Positions 50,494-64,000 of a stretch of 64,000 nt of DNA are shown in pieces. How positions within the stretch are numbered: the stretch's first letter is position 1; the number at the start of each line of letters is the position of its first letter. Under the pieces are notes generated by a model. It worked only from the letters and a program-made list of their open reading frames with translations. It ran no database searches and was not told where the DNA came from. Source of the DNA: Squalus acanthias (lineage: Eukaryota); contig CM059432.1 in assembly GCA_030390025.1 (NCBI GenBank), positions 93,622,001-93,686,000 on the forward strand, given 5' to 3'. The translations under genes were made by a program, and so were the position numbers.

Positions 50494-52469
50494 TGTTTCT
50501 TTCCTCACTGCTCCCCACACCATTGGGTGTACTCGGATCACTATCTTATTTTATCATCAACCTTGCTGGACCTTTCATTATGGCGGATAGAATTTAAATT
50601 GGCAGTGTATGGCAGTGAAGGATGCAGAGTAATACTTTTCAGAGTCTGGTCTGAGAACGTGAGACTTGAACACAAGATGATGTTAATTGAATATGTTAAT
50701 TTATTTAGTAGATGGTTGAGTAAAATCTATGCTTCTGTTTGAATGGCCAGCTGTAACTTAATTCCTGAAAGAGACATTTAGATCTAAGGAATTCTACATT
50801 CTTGAAAACTCAAGAGAAAACAGCAAAATGTTTACCTAGAATTGAATTAAAAGTGTTTCATCCTGAGTGATTTAATGTTTATGTATGACTTGAGCAGGTG
50901 TCACGCTTGAATAGAGGACTTCATATTGATGAAACCATTTGACTGTTGCTCATGCTTTAATTAGCTGTTCCTCTTCCTGTGTAAAGCCTATTCAAATCAT
51001 GCCCTGTCCTCATTCTTCGGAATTAAACCTATACCGTTCACATATCTTTGGCTGTACTTTAAATTGTACAGATCAATAAATTTAACTCCAAAATATTGTT
51101 ACAACATTAATATATGTTAATATATGAGGAATGCATAGTAGAGAGTAATGGAATATGCAGTTCATTCAATGTAATGAATTTGATCAATTTTGGTGCAGTT
51201 GCTTAGAGTAAGCTTTAGATTTTGTGTGGTACAATAACGTTAGTCTCTGAGCACACGTGTAATATGTTATTATACAAAGTATATACTTTGTGTTTTTTTA
51301 AGAGGGTTGTTTTTAATGAGTATACACAGATGCCAAGAAATACATGGACATGATTTGCTTCAGTTGTGGAGGGCAACAGTTATTGGTTGGACTCTGGAGC
51401 AGCTGCCTATGATAAGCATTGTTTCTCTCCTGTTTGTTAAAATCACTCCACATTATAAATAGTGTAGATTAGCAGCATGCAGGATACGCCCCGAGTCCTC
51501 AGAGCAGCTTTCTGAAGCAATCCTGTACTGTAAATTAGGCTTTACACCAAAGTAGTTTCTCTTCCTAATTTTTGACTTTGACTCAATTAAATGAACATGA
51601 GCAGTGAGACTTTAGCCTCCTTGCACTTTAAGGTGATCTGGCATTTGACTGCAAGTATTTCATCTAACCTATGTGGTCCAAACTTCTCTCTTGCTGAGTT
51701 AGAATTCTGAAGTAAATGGAGAACACTAAATAATGAAGGAAGTAAGGTTGCCTTGTAGAGGAAATCTTTATGTATTCAGAACTCATGTGGAGTTGTGTTC
51801 GAGAATCTAAATCCTATCATTTTGTTGCACAGTATACTTACACACTACTGCACAAATATGCTGTGTCACTGGCCCACATTTTCTAATTGCTGAAAGACTA
51901 CAACAGAACTTTATAAATATATGAAAAAATAAAATCGACAAACTTTTAAATTTGTGATAACTTGTCAGTCAATAGATAATTAAGGCTGATAATCCTGTCC
52001 TCTCATTTAACTGTCAGTACATAAGATAAGCTGAGTTCAGAACTGCTATTTGACAGAAAATAAATGCACTTTGTATGCTACATGTGTCTTATATGGATGG
52101 AAAGTTGCCTTGACAACCCATACAGCATGTTGGCACAAGGGACTGTCGGGCCTCTCTAGATGAATGAGCTAAGAGGGGCTGAATGGCCTTGTTTATTCAA
52201 TCTATTTTATGATTAGGAGGGGCATAATAGGATAACATTGGGAAAAACATTATAAATGCCTGGTAGGCAAACATTGTTGAAATGTCTTGGTAGTAATACA
52301 AGAATATTTCCCTGTGGGATCTACACACTGCAATAGAGTGAAAACCAAATAGAAGAATGGGCAATGACAAATTCACCTAAGCACCTAGATAAAATGTTTT
52401 CAAAGTTTGGAGACCCAAGCATATCCTGTTAATCTGTTTGTGGCACTTTTTGTGGTGGGAAGGAGGAAG

Positions 52470-52690
52470 GTTTTTGTTAAATTTGTTCTTAGAATGCAGG
52501 TGGCACTGGCAAGACAGTATTGCTCATCCCGAGTTACTCTGAGGGCATGAACAGTCAACCAAGTAGTTTGGGACTGGAGTCATGAACGGTGGCAGGTTCC
52601 CTTTTCTAAAGCACGTTGGTGAACCAGGTGGTTTTGTAACAACAAACCAGCAGCCTTCATGGTCCTTTTCTGGTTGCAGCCCACAAATTC
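52470..52690 (-). mobile_element. Older SINE with the same body + tail architecture
   Basis: Degenerate match to 50221-50493. Confidence 0.6.
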
Positions 52691-52721
52691 AGACTAATGA
52701 ACTATTAGGCTACAAAATCTG

Positions 52722-54560
52722 GAAACATAGAAACATAGAAAAATAGGAGCAGGAGTAGGCCATTTGGCCCTTCGAGCCTGCTCCGCCATTCAATATGATC
52801 ATGGCTGATCCTCTATTTCAATACCATATTCCCGCTCTCTCCCCATACCCCTTGATGCCTTTTGTGTCTAGAAATCTATCTGTCTCCTTCTTAAATATAT
52901 TCAGTGACTTGGCCTCCACAGCCTTCTGTGGTAGAGAATTCCACAGGTTCACCACCCTCTGAGTGAAGAATTTCTCCTCATCTCAGTCCTAAATGTCCTA
53001 CCCTGTATCCTGAGACTGTGACCCCTAGTTCTAGACCCCCTAGCCAGGGGAAACATCCTCCCTGCATCCAGTCTGTCTAGCACTGTCAGAATCTTATACG
53101 ATTCAATGAGATCCCCACTCATTCTTCTAAACTCTAGTGAATACAGGCCTAGTCGACCCAATCTCTCCTCATATGACAGTCCTGCCATCCCAGGAATCAG
53201 TCTGGTGAACCTTCGCTGCACTCCCTCTATGGCAAGTATATCCTTTCTTAGGTAAAGAGACCAAAACTGCACACAGTACTCCAGGTGTGGTCTCACCAAG
53301 GCCCTGTATATCTGTAGTAAGACATCCTTGCTCCTGTACTCAAATCCTCTTGCAATGAAGGCCAACATACCATTTGTCGTCCTAACTGCTTGCTGCACCT
53401 GCATGTTTACTTTCAGTGACTGATGTACAAGGACACCCAGGTCCCTTTGTACTTCAACATTTTCCAATCTATCACCATTTAAATAATACTCTGCCTTTCT
53501 GTTTTTCCTACCGAAGTGGATAACTTCACATACATCCACGTTATACTGCATCTGCCATGTATTTGCCCACTCACTCAACTTGTCTAAATCACCTTGAAGC
53601 CTCTTTGCATCCTCCTCACAACTCACAATCCCACCTAGTTTTGTGTTGTCAGCAAACTTGGAAATATTACATTTGGTTCCCTCATCCAAATCATTGATAT
53701 ATATTGTGAATAGCTGGGGCCCAAACATTGATCCCTACAGTACCCCACTAGTCACCGCCTGCCACCCCGAAAAAGACCCATTTATTCCTACTCTCTGTTT
53801 CCTGTCTGTTAAACAATTTTCAATCCATGCCAGTATATTACCCCTAATCCCATGTGCTTTAATTTTGCACACTAACCTCTTATGTGGGACTTTATCAAAG
53901 GCCTTCTGAAAATTCAAATACACCACATCCATTGGTTCTCCCTTATCTATTCTACCAGTTACATCCTGAAAAAACTCCAGTAGGTTTGTCAAACACGATT
54001 TCCCTTTCATAAATCCATGTTGACTTTGTCTAATCCCATTGATATTTTCTAAGTGTCCTGTTATCACATCCTTTATAATAGACTCTAGCATTTTCCCTAC
54101 TACTGATGTTAGGCTAGGCAGTCTGTAGTTCCCTATTTTCTCTCTCCCTCCTTTTTTAAATAGTGGGGTTACATTTGCCACTCTCCAATCTGCAGGAACT
54201 GTTCCATAATCTATAGAATTTTGGAAGATGACAACCAATGCAACCACTATATCCATGGCTACCTCTTTTAGTACTCTGGAATGCAGATTATCAGGCCCTG
54301 GGGATTTATCGGCTTTCAGTCCCATTAATTTCTCCAGCACTATTTTTTTACTAATACTAATTTTCTTTAATTCCTCCTTCTCACTGGACCCTTGGTTCCC
54401 TAGCATTTCTGGGAAGTTATTTGTGTCCTCTTCCGTGAAGACAGAACCAAAGTATTTGTTTATTTGCTCTGCCATTTCCTTGTTCCCCATTATAAATTCT
54501 CCCGTTTCTGACTGTAAGGGACCTACATTTGTCTTCACTAATCTTTTTCTTTTTACATAC
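52722..54560 (-). mobile_element. CR1 LINE, 5'-truncated
   Basis: ORFs 52949-53728 and 53735-54538; (TTTCTATG)n tail. Confidence 0.93.
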
Positions 54561-56409
54561 TGGAGTACTACAGCTACTTAGAATTTACCAGTTATTGAGT
54601 GTCTTACTGTTTTCTGAAAATGTCATCCCTGTAACTGCATGAACCTTTTTAGAAATGAAAGGTAAACATCCCTCTTTTAAAATGTTTTTCAGAAAATAAA
54701 ACACAAATTCATAGCAAAGAGGGTGGGCAAGCTGCTCCCAGACTTTACTCTGAAATGGACCCCAAGAAGGTGTGTAGGGGCAGCCTGGGATAACTTTCTC
54801 CATTTTTTTTCTTGTCTCACTGGCTCCTGCTTGGTATTACCCCTCAGTGGCACTTTAATATCAAGAGCTCAGTATGGAAAGGACTGTGGGAAATTGCATC
54901 TTCTTATGTCAATCAGTACAGATTATTTTTCTGTAATTTTGAACCTGAGACATTGCATGTCCATTATTCCATTTCTAATTTTCTGCTTTGTCTATACAAT
55001 ACACCCGCTCTGATGTGCCATAGGTCATTATTTCCCCAGTGGAGGCTAGAATAAGTGTGTGTGTGTGACTATATGGTGTGTATGAACCACAGTTAGGGGA
55101 AAATTCACAATGCCAATGCCTTTCTCCAGCCAGTCACTGGATGATATGTAAGAAGAGCCTGCTTCATGAGACTGATCATCTCTCCTTATGGAAAGCCATG
55201 AAGGCTTCACTCAGCATTGCTCCTTGGTAGCATAGCTGAGATCATGACGACACCATATGGGTGAGTTTCACTGGGATTAGGCTTTGGCATATCAATCTGT
55301 AATTGACAACTGTTAAGTCAGTATGTTCTTTAAGTTTATTATTTTGAATTTATCTCTAAGAGTGATCTAAGAATGATTCACATGACAATCTATTTTCCTA
55401 GGGAGTGCCAAATGTCAAAATTTATAATGGCAAATTTCAATGTTGGATAATATCAACTGGTTTTACTGACTACCCCCCTCCTAGTCTTTATATCACGCTG
55501 GAATTAATATAACATATACATTTTTTGCATGTGATATTACCCCATGCATTCAGTGAAATAATACTCCTTACACTACAGTTGCACTATATGATTGTCAGAG
55601 TTTCACACCTTTTTTCTGAATTTCTACTATAGTTTCTCAAAAATTGAATTTCATATAATTTTCTAAATAAATTATAGTGTATTGCAGGGAAGTAACACGT
55701 GGAGCGGTTTAGAGGATGTTAGAAATTGGGAGAGCAGAGAACAGCCTGGTGATACTCAGTCTTGACACATGAAATTGTGCCCATGGTTCTCTCATATGGT
55801 GTCTTCCTAACCTCAACTACGTTGCTATGTACTCTCAGCTTAGCAAGGCATCTACTGTGGGAGGCTCCATGATAGGAAGAGGATATAAATAAATTAAATA
55901 AGCTGTGAGAGCATAGCTCAAACAATTTATCAATCTCTTTTGAACTCCCTTGAGAAGTTACTGCTCTGTAGAACTCCTATTGTGAAAGGTACTGGCCATT
56001 ATTCTTACCATCGTGATATTTTGTTAATGTTTTTCTCTAAGCCCTGTTCACACTGACTGTCACTTCCCTGGCAGCCTGGGATAAATCTATTTTGCAGCAG
56101 AACATGTGTAAAATAAATTAAAGTTTTAAGATCTCTGTGGGAATGTGAGCATGTAGGTTACCTACACTAGAGACTTTGCCACATTATTAACATTATTTCC
56201 AAAGAAAAGGTACTAATATTACTAGCAAGACTACTTGCTGCCTATTATATATACAAGAGGTATTTTAATACACAAAGTAAATGGGGCTATTTCACACTGA
56301 TCATCATCAGCATTTCACACTGGTCATCAGCATTTAAGGAGAGGGAAGTCCATGTGTCGGCATTTGCTGACAAAAATCAGTGCGGCCCAGACACTTCTCC
56401 TCTTGGTCC

Positions 56410-59143
56410 CACTCCTACTTGAGAATGGATATGGCGGACAAATGGTTTAGCCATTCACCACCAGATCTGGCTGGACCACATACAGCACTATTGGGTCCTG
56501 CTCTCGTCTGCCAAAACTGCTCACTATTCCAGGACCATTCTGGAATGCAAAGATAACCCTGGCTTCTTTTCTCTACTGCAAATCATCTTCTTAAACCCCT
56601 CTCCCTTGTCTCCTCCACCCTCAGCTCCAATCAGAAGTGCAAGGAGCTCATGAACTTCTTCGTCACTAAGATTGAGACCATCCGTTCAGCTGCCACTTCC
56701 CTCCCTTCCCCTAGCCCACTGGGTCAAACTTCCTCCCTAGCCTTGAACTTGTATCTTTCTGTAGTTTCTCTCCCATCTCCCCTCATGCCCTCTCCAAGCT
56801 CATCTTGCCCATGAGACCCACCCCCTGCTCCCTCGACCCTATTCCCACTAAACTGCTGACCACTAAACTTCTCTTCTTGGCTCCCATGTTACCTGATATT
56901 GTTAACGGTTCTCTCTCCTCAGGTACTGACCCATCTCCTTCAAATCTGCCATCATCAACCATCTCCTCAAAAACCAACCCTTGACTCTTCTGTCCTTGCA
57001 AACTACCACCCCATCTCCAACCTCCCCTTCCTCTGCAAAGTCCTTGAACGTGCTGTCACCTCCCAAATCCGTGCCCATCTTTCCTGGAATGCCATGTTTG
57101 AATTCCTCCAATCAGGTTTCCTCCCCTGCCACAGTACTGAAACGGCTCTTATCAAAGTCAGAAATCACATCCTATGACTGTGACCATGGTAAACTATCCC
57201 TCCTCATCCTTCTCAACCTGTCTGCAGCCTTTGACACGGTTGACCACATCCTCCTCTAACGCCTCTCCACCATCGTCCAGCTGGGTGGGACTGCACTCGC
57301 CTGGTTCTATTCTTATCTATCCAGTCATAGCAAGAAAATCACCTGTAATGGCTTCTCTTCCTGCTCCATCACTGTTACCTCTGGTGTCCCCCAAGGATCT
57401 ATCCTTGGCCCCCTCCTATTTCTCATCTACATGCTGCCCCTCAGCAACATTATCCGAAAACACAGCCCGGAATTTTAATCTGGAGGTGGGTAGCAAGTGG
57501 GGAGGCTAGAAAGCGGTCGGGAATCCCAGGAGAACGGGTTTTCTGTAGACCCTGCCAAATTTAATGGCAGGGCATTATTAAAATTTCAAAGCTCTGTTTC
57601 CCGCCCGCAACCAGCCAGATGGAGAGGCTGCAGAGACGAGGGATGGAGGGATCGGGGGGGTGGGTGGATGAATCAGGGCTTGAAGAGGATCGGGGGGGTG
57701 AATCGAGGTCAGAGGATGATGTGGGGGGGGGGAGGGGGGTGAATCAGGGCTGGAGGAGGATCAGGGCTGGAGGGGCGAGGCTGGGAAGGCGATCGGGGGC
57801 CATGGGGGCAGGTCAGAGGTTGGAAGCTGGGGGGGATATCGAAGGCCTCATAGAGGGAGGTCGGTGGGGGGGATCAGAAGCCTCGTGGGGGGATGGGAAG
57901 AGTTGGGGGGGTTGTCCAATCGTGGGGGGTGTGTGAGGCAGGGACTCTGGAACCAACAGGTAATTGGAAAGGCACTTACCTCCTGCATTCAGACCTCCTC
58001 GCCTACCTTTAGCTGGCGGATTCCGCGAGGCCTGGGAAACCCTACCAGCCAGAGTTAAATTTAAAATGGTGGATCACCATGAGGCATGCCAGCCTCATTA
58101 TAATATTTAAATGGGAGACCCCCCGTCCCGCCTCCGTTAAAACTGGAAGTAGGCGGGTTGGGATAGGGGATTCAATTTTTTAAATCTTTAACCTCCTATC
58201 CGACCCCAACCCACCCGTTTTTTGGGGTTAAAAACATGTATGCTGATGACACCCAGCTCTACCTCACCACTACCTCTCTTGACCCCTCCACTGTCTCTAA
58301 ATTGTCAGATTGCTTGTCTGACATCCAGTACTGGATGAGCAGAAATTTCCTCCAACTAAATATTGGGAAGACCAAAGCCATTGATTTCAGTGCCTGCCAC
58401 AAACTTCATTCCTTAGCCACCGACTCCATCCCTCTCCTTGGCAATTGTCTGAGGTTGAACCAGTCTGTACGCATCCTTGGTGTTGTATTTGACCCCGAGA
58501 TGAGCTTCAGACCACATATCCGCGCCATCACCAAGACCGCCTATTTCCACCCCCGTAACATCACCCAACTCCGCCCCTGCCTCAGCTCATCTGCTGCTGA
58601 AACCCTCATTCATACCTTTGTTACCTCTCGACATGACTATTCCAATGCTTTCCTGGCCAGCCTCCCATCTTCGACCCTCTGTAAACTTGAGGTCATCCTA
58701 AACTCTGCTGCCCGTATCCTAACTTACTCCAAGTCCTCGATTTTAAAATTCTCACCCTTGTTTTCAAATCCTTCCATGGCCTTGCCCCTCCCTATCTCTG
58801 TAATCTCCTCCAGCCCTACAACCTTTGAAATATCTGTGCTCCACCAATTCTGGCCTCTTGAGCATCTCCGATTTTAATCACCCCACCATTGGCGGCTGTG
58901 CCTTCGGCTGCCAAGGCCCTAAGCTCTGGAATTCCCTCCCTAAACCTCTCCCCCTCTCTACCTCTCTTTCCTCCTTTAAGATGCTCCTTAAAACCTACCT
59001 GTTTGACCAAGCTTTTTTTCATCTGCCCTAATATCTCCTTATGCAGCTTGGTGTCAAATTTTGTTCAATAACGCTCCTGTGAAGCACCTTGGGGTGTTTT
59101 ACTATGTTAAAGGTGCTATATAAATACAAGTTGTTGTTGTTGT
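56410..59143 (+). mobile_element. L2 LINE ORF2 3' half, interrupted by a GC-rich MITE-like insert (~57464-58233)
   Basis: NYHPISNLPFL, LSAAFDTVDH, MYADDTQLY; L2 tail; insert begins GCCCGGAATTTT. Confidence 0.88.
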
Positions 59144-60599
59144 TTCTAATGCAAGAGCTTGTGGTTACTGCAAACTGTAGATGGGTATCCTCACAAGAAC
59201 AGAAGTTCGCACCTAGAGTGTGCAGGCAGACGGAATACATTTTATAGATGCAAGACTCTGATAGGAGCGGCACAGGGAAAAGAGAAGTAGAAGGATGGAT
59301 GGCAGTGAAGGGAGTAGAAGCTGCAGTGTTACTTTGGGGGGCAAGAGGAGAGAAGCTGGTAATTGTGATTTGGAGTGGGGTGACAAAAGAAAGTACCAAC
59401 ATTAACTTCGGGCAGAAGCTGTACCAACTTCAACTGAAAGGAAAGTAGGGGAAGAAGAATGTCAGCTTGTGTATAGAGGGGAATAAGAGTGGCAGCTTGA
59501 ACTGGGTTAAAATAAAAGATGATTATTGGGTTGAATTAAAAGGTGGGGGGGGGGGAGAGAGAGAGATAAGAGCGTTACCTGGAATGAGGGGCGGTGGGAA
59601 AAGAATGCCAGATTGAATTTGAGGGAGAGAGGGAGTGCCAGTATCAACTGAGAGAGTTGAAGGAGGAGGGTGCCTCTGGGAAAGAGTGGGGTGTTGTTTG
59701 TGATACAGTGTCTCTGAATTCGAGCCTGAGGGGTTGGACATGAGAGTGTGACTTTTCGGGTAACCTTTGTGGAAGTGAAGATCTGGTTGGTCTGTTGAAA
59801 AACAAATGTCACTTTGAGTTTCTTTTTTAATTACCTGAAAATTCTTTTTTTTATGCACTAAATGCCCACATACCAAAATTGAAAGAGAAAGTGGGGAGGC
59901 ACTGGGGAAAGTACAACCACAAACTATTTTTAACAGAGCAAATCAATCACAGGGCTGAAAACAGATGCCTATTAGTAGTAAGAAGAATCAGGAGATGGCT
60001 GAAGAAATGATTAAAGATATAAGTTTTGAAGGCATGCATGTAGTGGCTAATGGCACTGTAGGTGTTTGTAGAGGCAGGGAGCATCAAGGCAGTGGAAGCA
60101 TTTGTAATGTGGGTCAGGATTTTGAATTCAATGCCGTCGGAGACAGGAAGCCAATCGATGTCGGCAAGAACAGGAGCGATAGGGGAGTGAGACTTCATGT
60201 GAAATGGATTACAGGCAGAGGAGCTTTAGAATAAACAGAACTGAGGCAGGGGCTGGGAAGAAGCAATAGTCTGGGATGAGGGTAAGAGTTGGGGCCTGGG
60301 GGACCTGGGGTTTGGCCTTTTATGCATGGGAGAGGGAGAAGTTAGTGTCTGGGACCTCTTGATCCATTAGGTGGAGCAGACTGGAGGGTGGGACTGGGAG
60401 CACAGGGGAGTGCTGAAGTTTAGCAGAACTCAAACAGAGGGCTGCAGAAGCACAGGTGAGAATCTTGGGAGTTAACAGCAGTGAAGAACTATCCTAGGGT
60501 TTTCAGAGCTGGGGTGGGCCCCTATAGCTCAGTTAATATGTTCACATAAATTCCTGTCTGTGCTAACTTAACCCATTTGAAATAAATGGGTTAGTGACA

Positions 60600-61290
60600 T
60601 TTGGTCTCCTCACATGGTGGGTGATATTGAGGCTTTGGAAAGAGTGCAGAACAGGGCCACTAGGCTAATTCCCAGTTTAAAGCATCTTAGTTATCAAGAT
60701 AGGCTAAAAGAGTTGGGACTCTACACTTTAGAGAAGCGAAGACTTAGGGGTGATCTGATTGAAGTTTATAAGATAATGAAGGGAATAGATTGTGTTCCAG
60801 TTGACAGTTTGTTCCAATTAAATAGGTTAGGGAGGACCAGGGGTCAGAAATTTAAGTTGTATAAGGTTAGATCTAGGTTGGATGTCAGGAGGTGGTTCTT
60901 TTCCCAGAGAATAGTGGACCTCTGGAACAGGCTGCTGTCTCGTGCGGTGGACGCTGATTTGCTGAATTCCTTCACGCGAGAGCTGGACCTGTTTCTGGCT
61001 GGGGCGGAGATCACCTCTTACAGAAGGTAGGTACTGCAGGGAATTCAGGGCCAGAGTGATCTCCTGGACTAGTTTCGGTCATCTAGATGGGTCAGAGAGG
61101 AATTTCCAAGAGTTTTTCCCCCCAAATTGGCCTGGGTTTTTAAACTGGTTTCTTGCCTCTCCCAGGGGATCACATGGTTTCGAGTGGGGTGGAGAGTATA
61201 TATTGTGATACACAAGGTATCGCAATAGTGTGGGACAGGCGCGATGGACCAGAGGGTCTTTAATTATCCGTCATTGTTCGTCTGTTCATA
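60600..61290 (+). mobile_element. CR1 3' fragment of a distinct subfamily with a long 3' UTR
   Basis: ALERVQNRATRLIP..RRLRGDLIEVYKI..FFSQRIVDLWN. Confidence 0.8.
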
Positions 61291-61982
61291 TTAAATTAGC
61301 ACAGACAGGAATTTACATAAATATGTTAATGATTGTGCTAAAAATAACAAACAGAAGTGTTGAACATACCACAATTTAAATATAACTGCAGTAGTACAAT
61401 GAGTATATTTATACAAAAGTCTCAACAATTTAGAAAACAAGCCACCAGCACCACCTGCTGGCTGAAGATAGCAAGATTCTTTTCACTTCAGTGGCTTAGA
61501 ATACCACCAGTTACCGCCAGATTCGGGGGGAAAATGGCGGACGCTGCTCTTCCGCCTGCTGCCAGTGGGTCCTGTGGCGGCCGCCATTTTCAGATAGCCA
61601 GCAGTGCTGCTGATGTCGGCGCTCGCCAAAATTATGGAGATTATGTAGATCGTGACGTCAGTGAGTGTGCAACGCTCACTTGATGCCCGATCTGCGAGTT
61701 TCGATTTCACCGCTCCACTTACCGACATGCCTTATGTGCGACGAGCTGAGCAAGCGTTGACAAGCAGGAAGGAGACTCCAGCAGCGATATTTAAAAGAAT
61801 CATCAGCAACTACTTGCAACTTGATATGTTTCTGCGGTTTGACTGGCTCTGTGCAACTTTCTGCAACTCCAGCAGCTTTATTAGCTTCTTTCAAGGTTCT
61901 ATGGTAACAGGGAGTGTTGGGGCAAGTGGAGACGCCTTAATTCTTATTTAAAGGCTTCTGCTCACAACACTTGCTCACAGTC

Positions 61983-63075
61983 ATGGGGGCTCTACTGGCA
62001 GCCCCCCTCACGCTCAAGTATCTTCGGGAGAGGGAGCAGAGGCAGCGAAGAAGTCAAGAAGATACGCGCAGAGAGAGGAGGAGGAGGAGGGCCAGGGGGC
62101 TCTCCACAGGAGGCCTTACCCACCTAGAGTCTTCTGAGAGCACTTCTCTTATATCCACTTAAGCGAAGAGCAGTGTATTAGGATGCTCTGCTTCACCAAG
62201 GAGGTGGTCACAGAACTCTGCCACCTCCTGCAACCAGACCTGCAGCCTGAGCTCCTAGTGGCAGTCAAAGTCACCGTGGCCCTCAATTTCTTTGTCAGCA
62301 GTTACATCCAGTCTGTAGCAGGAGACATAGCTAACATCTCACAGTTCGCTGTCCATTGCTGCATCTGGGAGGTCACTGAGGCTTTCTACACCAGGAGAAG
62401 GGACTACATTTTCTTCTCTCTCAGCAGAGAGAAGCAGGACGAGTGCGCATGTGGCTTTGCCAGGATAGCGGGCATCCCCATGATGCAGGATGCCATCAAC
62501 TGCACTCACGTGGCTTTGCGGGCACCGCATAACAATCCTGAGATCTCCTATAACTGCAAAGGCTACCACTCACTTAATGTGCATTTGGTGTGTGACCACA
62601 CCCAGCACTTCCTGATGGTCAGTTCCCGCTATCCTGGCAGCAGCCATGATGCCTTCACCCTGCGTCAGTCTGATGTGCCAGCAATCTTCCAGCCACCACA
62701 TAAAACTCGAGGGTGGCTGCTCGGAGACAAGATTCTATCCGCTCTGCACTTGGCTCATGATTCCTCTCCGCAACCCCAACACTCATGCCCAGCACTCATA
62801 TAATGAGACTCATGCTTCCACCAGGAACATCATCAAGCAGACCATCGAGCTACTGAAGCAACAGTTCCACTACCTTGACCACTCGGGAGTAGCCCTCCAG
62901 TAGTCGGCAGAGCGGGTGTCCCATTTCGTGGTGGTCTGCTGCGTGCTTCACAACTTGGCCATCATGAAGGTGTAGCCATACCACCAGGGATTGGGGGACC
63001 ACCTCAGGAGGAGGATGAGGGAAAGGAGGAGGAGGAGGAAGAGGAAGATGAGCAAGAGGAAGAGGACAAGTAGGA
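61983..63075 (+). pseudogene. Harbinger (HARBI1-like) DDE transposase, inactivated
   Basis: RRPYPPRVF*..VKVTVALNFF..QDAINCTHVALRAP..KGYHSLNV..YPGSSHDAF..LLGDK..HASTRNIIKQ..CVLHNLA; acidic tail; stops and frameshifts. Confidence 0.88.
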
Positions 63076-63367
63076 AGGGAGGAAGCAGGAAGCAAATCCT
63101 CCTTCCAAAGGACTGTCCGTGAACGCCTCATCAGACTCCGATTCCAACAAATGAAACCCCAGATCCCCGTTGCTCACCACATCCCCATCATACCATCCCT
63201 TTGTCACAGAATATTACAGCATCCTCCTGGGCACAAAGCTGAAATGAGAGTCACCACAAAAGATTCCAAACAAAATTAACAAATTTGTCAAAAATCAATT
63301 GAAACATACAATATGAACTAATTACGCTTGTGCAATTCCTTAGTGCCCATCATTCGTGTGCCTTTTC

Positions 63368-63976
63368 CTACTCTAGTGCTCCCACAGTGGCTGCAGCATA
63401 GCTGGTGGAAGGCTGCTGACTTTCTGTGGGGGAGACTGCAGATGGCCTTGCAGGACGACCTCGAGCAGCTGTGGCCCGAGAAGGCTCGGCTGTAGACATC
63501 ACCACCTCGGCATGGGAGGCAGCAGTCTGGGCTGGCTGGCTGACAGGCAGCAGCAAGGGCAATGACGAAGTGGCAGAGGTCGGAATAGGAATGCTGTCAT
63601 CCTGAGAGAGGACAGCAGGGTCCTGCTCCACTGACCCACTGCCACTTATCCGGCGCAGAGCCTCAGCATTCCTAGCAATCTGTTGGAGCACAGATTGCTG
63701 GGCTGCTGTGACACCCTGCAAGCCAAGTTCGACAGTGGTAAACGTAGCCATGATGGCAGCAGTCTGAGCATGGGTGGCATCAAGCTGAGATTGCATGAGA
63801 GCAGTCTGAGCTTGGATGATATCAACCTGAGACTTCAGGAGAGCGCACTGCACTTCTGCTGCAGCACTAAGACTTTGGGTCGCTTCCACCTGTGCTGCAA
63901 TGGCAGCCGCGACATCGCCAATCACATGCAGCATCATGTCTGGGTCGACACGGTCTCTTCGGGAGTTTTCCATCAT
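63368..63976 (-). CDS. Probable C-terminal part of the Harbinger second (Myb/SANT-type) protein
   Basis: 202-aa Ala/Gln/Ser-rich, coiled-coil-like ORF convergent with the transposase; Myb domain not visible in the window. Confidence 0.45.
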   Translation of the reverse strand: MMENSRRDRVDPDMMLHVIGDVAAAIAAQVEATQSLSAAAEVQCALLKSQVDIIQAQTALMQSQLDATHAQTAAIMATFTTVELGLQGVTAAQQSVLQQIARNAEALRRISGSGSVEQDPAVLSQDDSIPIPTSATSSLPLLLPVSQPAQTAASHAEVVMSTAEPSRATAARGRPARPSAVSPTESQQPSTSYAAATVGALE

Positions 63977-64000
63977 TTCCAGCCTGAAAATCCTGGGCTC

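Larger units (their letters stand above)
61493..64000. mobile_element. PIF/Harbinger DNA transposon (right end outside the window)
   Basis: Transposase relic on plus strand and a convergent second ORF on minus strand; possible TIR GGCTTAGAAT at 61493. Confidence 0.8.

Noticed and set aside
57497..58058. Gly-rich ORFs
   Set aside because: G-rich low-complexity interior of a MITE-like insert
62183..62903. Host HARBI1 gene
   Set aside because: Stops, frameshifts, mutated catalytic residues and transposon context
1..64000. CRISPR array or prokaryotic operon
   Set aside because: No regularly spaced repeats; the window is spliceosomal-intron, LINE-rich vertebrate DNA

Overview
Eukaryotic, repeat-dense vertebrate DNA; the repeat families (CR1/HER1-type LINEs, SacSINE-like SINEs, Penelope-like elements) point to a cartilaginous fish (inference). 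One host gene is well supported: a three-exon MRPL53 (mitochondrial ribosomal protein L53; + strand, CDS 16368-39550, 106 aa). It starts in a CpG-island promoter that looks bidirectional (ZNF143, CCAAT, GC-box and YY1 motifs, plus minus-strand splice donors). The rest is mostly nested, decayed mobile DNA: CR1 and L2 LINEs, two LTRs, a Gypsy gag-protease relic, a Tx1 fragment, Penelope-like elements with minimal hammerhead ribozymes, Harbinger-type MITEs, a hAT-type MITE and a dead Harbinger transposon. The most striking signal is a second LINE family ('LINE-B'). It has a tRNA-derived Pol III head (A and B boxes) followed by a SINE-like body, and then an endonuclease-RT ORF with no ORF1. Its sense strand almost completely lacks TTTT Pol III terminators, and SINEs in the window look like its internal-deletion derivatives. 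This suggests a protein-coding retrotransposon transcribed by Pol III (hypothesis). All coordinates were read by eye; boundaries of decayed repeats are approximate.
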